64,000 nt of DNA from Eledone cirrhosa. Lineage: Eukaryota. The position numbers and the translations under genes were made by a program. Under the pieces are notes generated by a model. The model was not told the DNA's origin. It did no database searches and saw only the letters and a list, made by a program, of their open reading frames with translations. The DNA lies in the NCBI GenBank assembly GCA_964016885.1, contig CAXHJY010000075.1:1-64000 (forward strand), read 5' to 3'. This document shows, piece by piece, positions 32,501 through 45,360 of the stretch; within the stretch, counting starts at the first letter, position 1; the number at the start of each line of letters is the position of its first letter.

Positions 32501-33778
32501 AGAGAAAGATTTTATCCAGGTATTTACAACCGTTTCATTGGTAAGTGCAACCTTATATTGCTATACTGCAAATAACAGCCACTCAATTATAATTGTTGTT
32601 CACGTTCAAATTTTCAAAATAGTAAGTAAGTTACTCTTGAATTAGTTCTTAATATATAGAGAAAAACATTTTTTTGGAATTGTATTTACTAGTATAGAGA
32701 GAGATGAAGAGGAATTAGAAAGTGAGGGGACAACCGGAATAGTATAGAGAGAGAGGAGAAGAGTTAGGAAGTAGAGTGACAAACTGAGATGGAGGGAGGG
32801 GTAGAGGTGGAAGGATTCCTTGATCAGTTTTGATACGTAGACTTCATGTTGTCGATTATAGTGAGTTAAAGAGAATTAAATTGATTATAGTGGGAGGGAT
32901 GGAGAGAGAGAGAGAGAGAGAGAGAGGGAGTGAGAGAGAGAGGGGGATATATAACGAGATAAGTATAGATATACAAGATAAAGATAAAAATAATAATGAT
33001 AAAAATAAAAGTAAAGAAGGGGGGAGAAAGAAGAAAAGAAAAGATAGCCAAAAAGGGGAGGGAAGAAGGGAAGAAAACGAAGAAATAGAAGAGGAATGAA
33101 TGAGAAGGGAGGGATATAGGTATTGGTTTTTGTGGGTAATTAAAAGGGTTTAGATACAATAAGAGGGTATAAAGTCTAAGTATATGCAGTTTGTCAGTTG
33201 GTAGTAAGAGGTTAAGGGTTCGATTTGCACTTGTAGTGCGAAAACCTTTCTTTTAGTCTATGGTTACAATAAATTGATCTTTCGATTGTATTGTTGAGTA
33301 ACTTATTCTTCGAACTCAAAATGTGGAACAGCTCAAGGTCACATAATCGACAGCTTTTCATACCACTCCGATATGGGGGCGCGTCCGATAATTTTTTCCA
33401 CTTCAAGTTGTATTGGTGGTTACTTTCCCTCAGTTGCCAGGTCTTATTTGCAAGGGTAGTTACATAACGATGCTGGGAATGTTTCATTGCGTAACGGTGT
33501 GTATACCAACGGGCTTTAAATGTATTCCCAGTCGCTTCGATGTAATAGCATTTCTGGTTGTCTGATTCCACTGTGCATTGGTAAACCAGGTTAGACTACA
33601 TACATTCATTATGTAATGGACAGGTTTCAGGTAGGTGGCAGTTACAATTCTTGTCATGGGCAACTTTGGTATTATTGGTGGGCTGCGATGCCTGTACAAG
33701 TGTGTTACGTTTTGTTTGCCTATTAGTGGGTGGTTGTGTATTAGATATTCTGTTGTGTTCAATGGTGATTGTATTGTT
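29540..33778 (-). mobile_element. Naiad-like PLE with upstream partial tandem (pLTR)
   Basis: 32990-33778 duplicates the 3' end (29540-30312) directly upstream of the ORF start at 32287, the typical PLE partial-tandem layout. Confidence 0.9.
29760..32287 (-). pseudogene. Naiad-like PLE RT + GIY-YIG ORF, frameshifted
   Basis: SLKNIPIP...FIRRVRWK...YGFK; FIQFDINDYYSSI; FDITMGA; GIYRDDAL; IWYNP; NCNC..LVYQCTV..YYIGATGNTFKARWYTH; CRLCDLE; LLNNKIE..NCNH. Confidence 0.9.
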
Positions 33779-33779
33779 T

Positions 33780-33960
33780 GTGAAGGCGTGTGGCTGAGTG
33801 GTTAGAGAATTGGATTCACAATCTTGAGGTTGTGTGTTCGATTCCGGGACCGGACGATGCGTTATGTCCTTGAGCAAGACACTTTATTTTCACGTTGCTC
33901 CTTCTACCTGGAGTTGCGACAAATAGATAGTACTAGCAACTGGAAAGACCGACGAAAACA
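33780..33960 (+). mobile_element. tRNA-derived CORE-type SINE
   Basis: A-box tggctgagtgg, B-box gttcgattcc, then gtccttgagcaagacactt; relatives at 35355-35410, 39875-40020, 54120-54405 (-) and 58470-58790 (-). Confidence 0.75.
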
Positions 33961-34539
33961 TTGTTTACTTGGTCCGATTTGACGAAAGTTGATCGATATG
34001 TATATATTATATTATATTACATTATATTACATTATATTACATTATATTATATTATATTATATGTTGTACATATATACAGAACAAACTATACCAAAGTAAA
34101 CATACTTACTTCAAGATAAAATGGTAACTGGTACAAGCCTATAATTCCTTATGCAGATCTGTTTAAGAAAACTCAAAGAAAGGATGAAAACCATCAATCT
34201 AAGTAAACATATTAATCGCCAATTATCAATTTTGATAATAAGCACCTTAAAACCAGGATTTATTTTTATCTTCAGTAAGGTAAATAGTAGTTTTGTGCAG
34301 GTAAATAGTAATTTTGAGCAGGTAAATAGTAATTTTGTGCAGTGTGAGATATATATAGAATACGTAGCTTTACTGAACATTAAAATTCTGGTCTTAAGAT
34401 GCTTATTACCAAAATAGACAATCGGTGATTGATACTGATCGATGATTTGTGTCTTACGGTTTTATAAAATAGATCTGTATTAGAAAATATAATCTTGCTA
34501 CCATATTGAAGTAAGTATACTTGTTTACATGTTATTTGC

Positions 34540-34622
<83 letters not shown>

Positions 34623-34949
34623 AGAAAATAAAAGAAAAACGAACATAGATATATAGATATATGTGTTCAAATCGTAAGGGACCTGATTCGCTAAGGTGAA
34701 AAGATACTAACTATAGACAATTGGGTTCGCTTGTCTCAATTTAAGAAAAAATTAAGAAAATAAATACAAAGCGGAATTGTCGTAACTACCGATCACCCAG
34801 GCAACTTGTTGTTTCGCAAAGTTAATTGTGAATTTGTTGTAAGAGACTATTTTGAGTTCCTAACTCAATATATACATTTAATATATTCGTTAATATGCAT
34901 AAGGAAAGTATATACTTTCAAACGTTCAATCGACTGACAGGAAGGTATA

Positions 34950-34990
34950 CGGTGCTGATGACAGCTAATAAGCTAGAAACTAGTTCATCG
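34950..34990 (+). ncRNA. Minimal hammerhead ribozyme (same family as 26838-26878)
   Basis: CGGTG-CTGATGA-cAGCT-aata-AGCTa-GAAA-CTAG-TT-CATCG. Confidence 0.85.
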
Positions 34991-35069
34991 TTCCTTTGTC
35001 AGTGTTGAACAAAAGGGCAACGATGGTTGCCGAACACTGAACGGCTTAATTCGGGCTGTTTGTTTACAA

Positions 35070-35109
35070 ACAAACCGAAGATTATAATAAATGTTCTTTA
35101 AACCCATAC

Positions 35110-35156
<47 letters not shown>

Positions 35157-35178
35157 CACATGCACACACACACACACG

Positions 35179-35263
<85 letters not shown>

Positions 35264-35268
35264 ATGTG

Positions 35269-35317
<49 letters not shown>

Positions 35318-35358
35318 GTATGGGTTTACCGAACATTTATTATAATCTTCGGTTTGTT
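35070..35358. repeat. Palindrome spanning compound microsatellites
   Basis: caaaccgaagattataataaatgtt...(TA)n(CA)n(TA)n(TG)n(TA)n...aacatttattataatcttcggtttg. Confidence 0.8.
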
Positions 35359-35755
35359 ATGAGTTCCGTTCCCAGGCTGGGCGTTATGTCCTTGAGTAAG
35401 ACATTTATTTTATGCGCTTTCTCTGCCTGGATTTGCGACCTGTTAATAGGATTAACAATTGGAATGACCAATAGAAACTTGGTTTGATTTGACTAGGGCT
35501 GGGATGTTGCCAATCGACTGTCGATATGTAAGTTTTTTTATACAGAAGCATTACTAAATGTCGTTATCTTCACGCTAAAAAAGATATATCATATAGAAAA
35601 GTCCAACCATTCGGAAGGGCCCGGAAAATATTTTATCTATAACTGTACTATAACAAATCACAAAAGGATACATACTGGTGCAAAACTCTGCCAGTAAACT
35701 ATGTGTTGGAAATATTTCATTAAAATTTCGAAACTTATGATTTCAAAAGTAGTTA

Positions 35756-36940
35756 TCTCTATATATATATAAAACAAAGGATGTCTGTCTGTCTGTGTGT
35801 CAGTCTATGTGTCTGTCTGTGTAAATCCCTAAATCTCGAGAAGTGCCCGACCGATTTTTTTCAAACTTTACACATGTGTTACTTATATTTCTTCAAGTGC
35901 AATAGGCTACAAGAATTTTAACTTTTTCTGCCACATTAGGCGAAACACCATGTTTTTAGGGCATTTTTAGGAATATTTGAGGCGTAACTTAAAGATGATC
36001 CAGCCGATTTCCTCGAAATTTGCAGCACACATTAGTTAGCCCCCTCGCATTGTTGTGGACAAAAGGATTTCCGATTCCATTAATGGTTTCTAGGAAATTT
36101 ACGAATTAGCATTGGGCATTTCATGCCATTTTCATTTTCAATATAAACGCTACTTAAACATCGTAAGTAGCGCATAATATTTCGTTAAAAATTTGGTTTA
36201 CTTAACAGAGGACACAACACTTACTTACTTTTAAGCAGGACCATTTTCGGGGGATTGAGGAAATGAGGAGGACCTTAAAATGTTTGTCGGCGCCCTGTTG
36301 ACGCTTCGTGCTTTCATCACGCGCAAATCTGGGCCCTGTATACATTGCCGTGTTATTGACACCATAAAACTCACATGTGTGCTACTTCTACTAAGACCCC
36401 TTTTGTTGCACCTACACCGCAGTATGAACGCCCTTCGCAAGTACGCCGAAGAGCGGTTGTGCTAATTCCGCGGTGACCCCTTTTGTCGCATCTTTGTTGC
36501 TGTGTAAACGCAGTGCAGTCTGTGCCGCCCAGCATTTGTGCTAATTGTGCTATGACTCCCTTTCTGCTGCAGCTGCGTTGCCACGGTGATTTCAAGATCC
36601 CTACTTGAACGTACATCCCTACTTGGTTTTCACACAATTGACTACGTCGGTCCTTCAGACTGACATGTGTTCCCCATCTGTGACATAATTCCTGAACAGA
36701 CTTACGACATACATCGCCCCACAACACTTACTCCTTTCGCACACAGGATTTCCGCAATCAGCCCACTGACGCTGCTACTAATGGATTCGGCCTGCTGGTG
36801 TTCTATGTTTCCAGTAGATGAACAATAATTCCCTGAGAATAAGGGAATTCAAAAAGAACACAGCTACATTCCTCAATCTTTGCATATGCGTGTTGCTATT
36901 TCACGTTTCCTACCTCATGCAACGCCGGCTCCTGCTGCTA
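35756..36940 (+). mobile_element. Helitron-like element with a GC-rich internal segment
   Basis: TC-(TA)n-aaaac start like family B; degenerate end atgcaacgccggctcctgctgctac. Confidence 0.5.
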
Positions 36941-37847
36941 CTTCGATATAAAAATACTATCATTGTGAAAAATGTGGGAAGTTATACATTTTACTTGAGT
37001 AATAATTATAAGAGTTACATTCACGATTACTCCTCTATAGTTGTTAGCATATATATATATATATAAACAAATTTAACTCCAAAATAGAGTTTTGAAACGC
37101 GAGTGTATATTAATGTTTGTGACCTGTTCACTTTCACTTTCATCCATTATTTTTTCCTCCTTCCTATCTTCTCTTCCTTCCTTCCAGTCAACTCACATCT
37201 AGCCGCTGATCTCTGTCCTTCGAGGTAATAGTTTAGCCAACGCCTCTTCGATGGGATTTTGCTGTTCTAACGGCTTCCATATAGTAATAATAATAGATTT
37301 GAAAACTAAAATCCAAAGAGGGCTCGATGAGGATAAATATATATCAAATATATAAGAACCCTAGAGCAAATATTTATTAAAATAACAGATTAAAGTTTAA
37401 GCAAAGAATCGCTGCTTTCACCCTTAACGGTATCTTCTGAAACTAAAAAATCAATCTGTGAACGCAGAAGTAAATATTTCGAAAAACGTTGCAACCGAAG
37501 GAAAACAGGAAGACGATACTTTGGTTAAATTAAGAAAAAGTACAAACCGAATTGTGATAACTATCAAATACACATCCAGACAGTCGTGAAATGAATTACC
37601 AATTCTATTTCTCGAAAAATCTCTCTCCTTGAACTATTTTAATTGTAAGCGACTGCTTTGAGTTTCTAACTCAATATATACCTTGAATTTGTTGAGCTAA
37701 TTTAAATATCGAGTAAACCTGGCTGCTATTTTTAGTAGCATACCTTTTACGAGACACGCTAGGTCCTGAATGCCATGCGCATTATTCTAAACACGCGCCT
37801 CATTTAGTCTTCTAAAAACATAGAAGTGAAAACTTTACTAATTCGTA

Positions 37848-37923
37848 CATCCACTGATGAGCAATAGAATTGGTAATTCCCTTCACTTGATGCGAAACAG
37901 TTTTACCAAAGACTATCTGGATG
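37848..37923 (+). ncRNA. Hammerhead ribozyme in an inverted-arm element (37527-38100; diverged relative at 34620-34830)
   Basis: CATCCA-CTGATGA-GCA...TGC-GAAA-cagtttt-acc-aaagacta-TC-TGGATG; 6-bp stem I. Confidence 0.75.
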
Positions 37924-38209
37924 TGTATTTGATAGTTGTCACTATTCGGTTTGTACTATTTCTTAACTTATTCTTTTAATTGAGTCTGGCAAACAGTATT
38001 GTTCATAGTTAGTATCCTATTCATCCTAGCGAATCTGGTCCCTTACGATTTGAACACATGCATGTATATATCTGTGTTTGTCTCTCTTTATTATATTGAA
38101 TTATATTACATGGCCCGGAAAAATATCTTCCTTGAGCTATTTTAATTATAAAGGACTACTTTCAGTTTCTAACTCCATATATACAGTTTAAATACACACA
38201 CACACACAC

Positions 38210-38242
<33 letters not shown>

Positions 38243-38252
38243 TGTGTGTGTG

Positions 38253-38388
<136 letters not shown>

Positions 38389-38750
38389 TGTGGAACATGG
38401 AATACCAGATCAAGTGGTCAGTTAAAATACGTGTGGCCCAACTCCCCAACGACAAAACAAAAACCACTGAAGATTATGCCCGGCCGAAGCGGCTGAGATT
38501 ATTAAATTGAAATTGGCCATAAACTCAAGATCTGACATATTTATAAACTGCAGACACACCAGAATGACCACCTTCTCTGCACAAACATTCGGCCGAGGGC
38601 CAGCCACTAACCCTGACCCAACACAATTATATATTGCTGATGTTGGCAAATGAAGCCATGATCAGAAAAATGCGTGTTGTCTTCTTTTTTTTAAATACCA
38701 TTCGTATTTTTTTTTTTAATCACGTCGGGTTCACCAATTTAAACGTAGTG

Positions 38751-39470
38751 GTGTTAGTAGTGGTTAGAATGAATTAACAAGAATAAATGATTTGCTTAAT
38801 ATATAAATTGGTTTACTTCACTTGAGTCAAAAAGAACAATAAACATATTACGAAGGTTGACAATGTTATTTTTGTTGTTGGTTCATGAGGCTGGTGTAGT
38901 CTGAGACCAGGAGAGGGAGAGAGTAATGGTCTGTAGTTGACTGTAGACCACTGTGGCCTGTAGATAGCGGTGAATCTTTCACATAGCTTGTAATAGCGTA
39001 CTGCTCCGATCGCCCTGTATGTCTGTAGACTCTGGGGCCTGAAGGTAGCGGTGAATCTTTCACATAGCTTGTAATAGCGTACTTCTCCGATCGCTCTTTA
39101 TCTAAGGTGGGAAAATATAGGCTTTATATACCTGTCGCTTTCTGTCTCCCACCTTGAGGGGATAGCCCACGCATGAACCTGTTCACACCAAAAGGAGTTA
39201 CTAACCGAGAGAGTAATGGTCTGTAGTTGACTGTAGACCACTGTGGCCTGTAGATAGCGGTGAATCTTTCACATAGCTTGTAATAGCGTACTTCTCCGAT
39301 CGCTCTGTATCTAAGGTGGGAAAATATAGGCTTTATATACCTGTCGCTTTCTGTCTCCCACCTTGAGGGGATAGCCAACGCATGAACCTGTTCACACCAA
39401 AAGGGTGATGACCTAGAGTTTGAATTTTAGGTGTCACCCAAGGTTCACGGCGTGGACAGATCTCGCTACA
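38751..39470. repeat. Repeat with nested internal direct duplications; possible solo LTR
   Basis: 38916-39195 is repeated at 39207-39403; gcggtgaatctttcacatagcttgtaatagcgtact occurs three times; TG...CA limits are possible but no TSD was found. Confidence 0.45.
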
Positions 39471-39756
39471 TAATCACCTTTGCTTTGCCGCACCGTCCCT
39501 CAACTCAATACATTTGTCTTTTATAGCATGCAACCCATGGTAAGATCAGATCTTGTAAATATCATGTCGCACCCTTCACCCCACCACCACCAACAAACGC
39601 ATCGCCATACATCCCTCATCTTAATACCATTATGTTCTATGTGTCTTCTCTGTCAGGTTTTAACTTCTTGCTCACATTAATTTCTCTATTTTCATTTATA
39701 TATATATATATATATATTATGAAATACTGTTGCTCCCAATGATTTCTATACTTTTC

Positions 39757-39802
<46 letters not shown>

Positions 39803-40661
39803 GGGGGTAGGCATTTATGTGTATATGTGGGAGCATTTTGAATGTGGCATTATATGTGAATAATATGTATTGGAAGCAGGCATAGTCAAGTGGTTAACAT
39901 AAGTTTGATTTGTAAACATGAGAACATGAGATCTGGGTGTTCGATCCTGCAACATGACATCTTAGTGTCAACCTAAGCTTTCTAAGTAAATGTGGGTTGA
40001 CGGAAACTGTACGGAAGCCCATCTGTCTGTTTATATCTGTAATTCAATGGTCAAGCTTTATCACATATTGTATCACTCTGGCTTGACATTAAAATCACGT
40101 TCAGTTTAAACATGCCAACAGAATTTTCAGTCACTTATTCCTTAATTTAAAAAGTAGTTTCTTCAATGGATCGAATAATTGAATGTTCATCGTCGATACC
40201 GACGGAGGATCCATCTTAAGAGGAGGAGGAGGAGAGAGAGAGGAGAGGGGTAGAGATAAATAGATAGATAGTCAAATAGATGGATAGATAGATAGATAGT
40301 TAGATTGAAACAAGTTTGGAAGCATTTCCTATGTGAAAAATGGAACGGTTTGACACATTCGTACTTAATGCTATAACATATAGTACACTGGTGTTGGGTG
40401 TGTTTGGCGACAGGATATCGAATCTAGCAGTCTTAATAAACATTAAATATTATACATCTTGTTTCCGGAATAGTTTATTAATCCACATTTTACCCCAGTT
40501 GAAAAATATTTATGTTTATGATTAGTTATTAATTGTTTCAGTGAGTAGAAACATACACACTCGCACGCACACACACACACATACACACACACACACACGC
40601 ACATATATATATATATATATAAACATGCATATATATATATGCATATATATATATATATATG

Positions 40662-40693
<32 letters not shown>

Positions 40694-40713
40694 TAGACTC
40701 TTTTCCTATATAT

Positions 40714-40908
40714 ATAGGAGAAGGGTCAGGGCCCCGACGGCTGAGCTCCGGCATTTTCGACGGCTAGATCGGATCTAGCTGTCGAAACGGCCGGAGCTCA
40801 GCCGTCGGGGCCTGACTCTTTTCCTATTACCCACTCTACTACCCTAAGTATCGAATACTTGGTGCGCTATGGTTCACCTGGATTATTACCACCCCTTTAT
40901 TTTGTTAC
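40714..40908 (+). mobile_element. GC-rich fold-back mini-element with tail
   Basis: 40714-40826 is an imperfect palindrome centred on ctagatc-g-gatctag and contains GAAACGGCCG (HHR stem III-like); the tail tacccactctactac.ctaagta recurs at 48158-48230. Confidence 0.75.
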
Positions 40909-40914
40909 ACACAC

Positions 40915-41108
<194 letters not shown>

Positions 41109-41109
41109 T

Positions 41110-44100
41110 TCGTTTCTGAATTTGTTTAGCAAGATTCTTTATCTGAAAACGTGTGTTGAAACCGATATTGTTATACTTAGGGAGGGTCATGTTGCCAATA
41201 AGAAACACACGCACCAGTTGTTCTCACTCCAATTTATTATAAATTAAATTTATAAATTTAGGAATTTATAAATTTCTGGTTGGTTGGTTGGTTCTACAAC
41301 CAGACAATTGTTCATATATTGTCGAAGTTCTTTCGTCACACATTCTGTGACCTCTTCAGTGACTGTGGATTCTTTTCTTTGTTTTTGTGCCTCTCCTTTG
41401 TTCTGTTCTACGCCATCTTGTTTTTGTGTGTGTTGTGTGATTAGTTTGCGCATGTGTTACATCCGGGAGTCTGTGTGTGTTTATATTTGTTTATTTATTT
41501 GTTTATTTACATGTTACTGGTTGGTTGTTTGTTCTATGTGTGTGTGTGTTTTCATTTTCTCCTTAATTGTAAGTTGTGATGTTACTGTTCCACTCATGTT
41601 TTCTATTTAATTTTGGTTGAAGTTCATTTATGTTTATTGCCTCTGTGATTTGTCTAAACATTGCGTCTTTTCTGTGTGTAGATTCTATTTTTATTTCTAT
41701 GTTCTCTAATTTACTATTATGTTCTATTTTAGCATGTTGGTGGAGTACAGATGATTCTTTACTATCTTGAAGCTTTCACCAGTGTTCATTTATCCGTTCC
41801 CCTATACTACGAGCTGTCTCACCTATGTACACTATATTCTTATCTCTACATTGTCCTTCAGTACATCTTATGCTATATACTACATTTCTAGTTTTACAGT
41901 TACTATGGGGGCTTAGTTTACAGATTATACATTTCTTATCTATACAGGGAGGTCTTTGAAAAGGGTATGTATTGCCAATAAGTGTATTTATGGTGGTACC
42001 TGGTCTTTCTACTATCTTTATATTGAGTGTATGTTTATCTAGGGCCCTTCTAAATGTGCAAGCTAATTCACCTCTAGGGGTTGTATCGATGAACATTACA
42101 CTCTGGTATTTATTGCTATCATACCATGAGTTTATTCTATTAACCTTATTCCTAGTTCTTTCTATTCTATTCCAAAATTTGCCATTTTTTCCCATTTGGT
42201 TCTGGCTCCTCTATATACTCTGATTTTATCTTTCTGATTGTAACCAGAGAACTGCATACGGTGGATGAAGTGTTGTATGTGTCTCTCTAGTTCTTTGGGG
42301 ATGCACATGCGGGACACGTTTCTCATCACCTGTACCAAATCTGCAATTAGTATGTTGATTTTGGTATGGTCCGAAACAGCTGAGTTTCGGTGGATCAGAT
42401 ATTTGGCAGTCATGGGTTTGGCATAATGGGAATGGAGGATTTGTTTTTTGTTATTAATGGTATCTAACCAGAGCTCTGTGTCTAGTACAGGTAATCGATG
42501 GTTGGGGTGTTTACTTGGGTAGTCTATAGTAACTCTAATACTCTGGTGGATGGAGTTAGCTATTTGCTGGATGCTTTCCATGCTGTTTTTCTCTAATTCC
42601 TGACTGTTCTCTAGTGGGGGTGTTTTTACTACGATGTTTATATCATCAACGTAGCGGGAGTACATTATCAGGGCTAAGAGATTGCTGTCTTCTAATTGTT
42701 CTTTAAGTTTAAGTTTAAATCTATTGTCCCACCATACCATGAATAGATTAGCTATGTCACCTGCAATTCTAACACCAATGGTTGCTCCCTCCTCTTGGGG
42801 ATATGTTTTTCCATTAAATTTGAACATATGTTCCTTAAGGGTTAATTTTATACTGGCCCCCACTGCATGTGCAATTATTTTCTTTAGTTCATCGTGGTTA
42901 TCGGGGGTCCGTATGGCTCTTGTCCACCCGTTCCATATATCTGTGTGGGTTTTCTTGGCCATTGAGGTAATGGTAGGTGGTCTGCCTCTTGTTGGTCTTG
43001 TAGGGCACAGGTCGCTAAGGTCATATGTAACTAGATAATCATTACTATAGGTAAGTTTAAGTAGGGGTGGCAGTTCACTGGTATCAATCCCACGGAATTC
43101 AACATTGCTCTCACTAATCATTTCTACGCATTTCTCCACAGCAAAATCCACGTCAATAGATGGATATAGGGACACAACATCCATACTACCTATTATGTTG
43201 TTTGTTAGGTCCCTAGATCGGTTACTCTCGCCGATTCTGCTGAGGAGGTCCTCCGTGCTGTCACATATATCTGGGGACATTTCAATGAGGGGGCGTATGA
43301 TCAAGTAGAGGATGTAGGAAAGTCTGTAGTTACTAGCAATGTTAGCTCCACAGACTGGCCGTGCTGGTGGTCCCGTAACAGGGTCACTGCTCGTTCTATG
43401 GTCTTTTCGAAGCCCGTACAACGCTAGCACGTCATTGTTCCAGGCCTGGAAGTTTTTGGCAGTCCTTTTGTTGGGCTGCATTATATTTGTCCACATCATC
43501 ATATGGGTATTGAGGGTTTTTTCCCTATCCTCATGCTCTTGTGGTGTTACTTCTCTTGTGTTAGTGATGTGGGGTTGCATTTCCTGGATGTAGTTTGACA
43601 GACTGTCAACCGACATTCTGCTAGACTTGTCTGTTGGAAAGCATGCAATCTCTCCATTACGCGAGCGCTGCATGAGCTTACGCAAGCCATTTTCAGATTT
43701 CTCTCCCAGTTGCTAGGCCTCCATTCTATTTTGCTTCTTGCTATACTGTTCTATAATATTTCTAAGTTTAGATCTAGCTATACTAAATTGTGATTCTGTT
43801 TGTTCATCGACCTGCGACGGCAATTGCGTGCGTTTGTTAAAAGCTAAAGTCGTGGCGTGAACTCGTCGTAGGTCGAAGGATATATCGGAAGGGTTATAAA
43901 AAGTAGAGTTCCAGGCTGCTGCTTTATGTGTACTATTGCTATTGTTATTGTTAGTTGTGTTGTTTCTATTTCTATTTCCACCAACAGCCTCATGGTTGTT
44001 TCTATGTCTCTCATTATTCCTCCTGTCTCTTTCCTCTGGCTCATTGTTATTATCTACTTTATTTTGTGTGTCTGTGTGTTCGTCCTGGTTATTTTTTCTG

Positions 44101-44790
44101 TCAGTATCGATAGTCTCCCTTCTCCTTTCAATCCTATTACCTTCCCTTATTTCTGTGTTACTGTCATTACCTGTTTTCTGTGTTTGTTAAGATTGTGGTG
44201 GTGGTGAGAGGCATAGAATGTGTGTTGTTGTTGTTGATGTGTGCTGCTTTTGATGTGTGTTGTTGTTGTTGTCTCCGTGTATGTTATTATTGATGTGTGT
44301 GTTGTTATTGTTGTTTGTGTCTGCGTGTCTGTTGTTGTTGTTTCTGAGTATGTTATTATTGTTGATGTGTGTGTTGTTGTTATCGTTGTTTGTGTCTGTG
44401 TGTCTGTTGTTGTTGGGATGTGTGTTGTATGTGTGTGTGCATATGTTGTTACTTTTGTTTTTGTTTTTGTTTTTGAGGCTCCAACGTAATTTTGTAAATG
44501 TTTTTTCTATTTCTGACAAGCATTTTATCATATTTACCTTATTATATGTGGCATATTTAAGTGGTAGCTGTAATATCGATAATTCATCAGAGTCGAATGT
44601 AGTGTTGCCGTTTATATTTGTGGTGTTGTTGAATTCATCTGTTAATGAGATGTCGGCCATATTTATACCGTCAATTTTATCGGGAGATCTATTGATATTC
44701 TCTAAAGTATCTTGATTTAGTTTTATCTGTTTCAGCCACTTTAGTTTTTTGTTAAAGTGCTTGTCACATTCTTGAACAATGTACTTTTCT
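41110..44790 (-). mobile_element. Nematis-like PLE, degenerate
   Basis: RT and GIY-YIG ORFs plus a 3' pLTR with HHR (41321-41363); the pLTR is repeated at 56750-57077. Confidence 0.85.
41563..43685 (-). pseudogene. PLE reverse transcriptase (507-aa frame) + GIY-YIG, one frameshift and one stop
   Basis: TDKSSRM, YGLRKDH, PARPVCGA, GSMDVVSLYPSI, GATIGVRIAGDIANLFM, YSRYVDD, LPVLD, MQFSGY; then NCKTRNVVYSIRC...YIGETARSIGERINEH. Confidence 0.9.
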
Positions 44791-44864
44791 TCAATATATA
44801 TATATAAATTAATTAAGTCAAATATGTAAAATTTGGCTTCGTTTATTATAAATTATAGATATAC

Positions 44865-44913
44865 TGGTATATATATTTCGGTGACTGCCATCATTGACTT
44901 GACCTCTTCAGGC
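44865..44913 (-). ncRNA. Degenerate hammerhead ribozyme
   Basis: Minus strand: CTGAAGA-GGT...ACC-GAAA-TATA-TA; stem I unclear. Confidence 0.45.
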
Positions 44914-45081
44914 AGTCCGAACATGTTGTTGAAGTGTATTTTACTCCGTCAATACACCGATATATCCAGCTCCTGTTGTTATTCCTCTGAGGAACTGGAA
45001 TCATATCTGCATACTGAGGTGTCGGTAAACAACCAACATATACTCAAAGGTTATATATATATATATATATATATAGACATA

Positions 45082-45303
45082 CAGGGTGTCCAAAAGAATG
45101 CATATACAAAAAATCTTTTAAAATAGCATTAAAATAAATTCTCTTTTATATGAATTATTTAAATTATGTAAACATTTTTGGGTGATAACATACAATTGAA
45201 TTATATCTGTAGATCATGTTATTTTTGGGAAAGGTTGTGTATTCAAATAAATATTGTCTGTACCGATAATCAAAATGTGTATATATTTTGTGGGGACAAC
45301 CTG
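45082..45303. mobile_element. Tc1/mariner-type MITE
   Basis: TA-CAGGGTGTCC ... GGACAACCTG-TA terminal inverted repeats with a TA target duplication. Confidence 0.75.
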
Positions 45304-45360
45304 TATATAAATGTGTGTGTTTGAGGATATTTGTGCATATCTTCAACATGATAGTATATA

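Noticed and set aside
29760-33778. Selenocysteine recoding in the main Naiad-like element
   Set aside because: The GIY-YIG cysteines I checked are ordinary codons; the stop in the upstream copy is TAG at a Gln position.
33780-33860. tRNA gene
   Set aside because: A and B boxes are present but there is no closed acceptor stem, and the sequence continues into a SINE body.
38916-39403. CRISPR-like array
   Set aside because: Only three copies with non-unique, unequal spacers in a eukaryotic repeat context; no cas genes.
41776-41778. In-frame TGA in the Nematis-like GIY-YIG as selenocysteine
   Set aside because: It follows EHW at a non-cysteine position; more likely a nonsense mutation.
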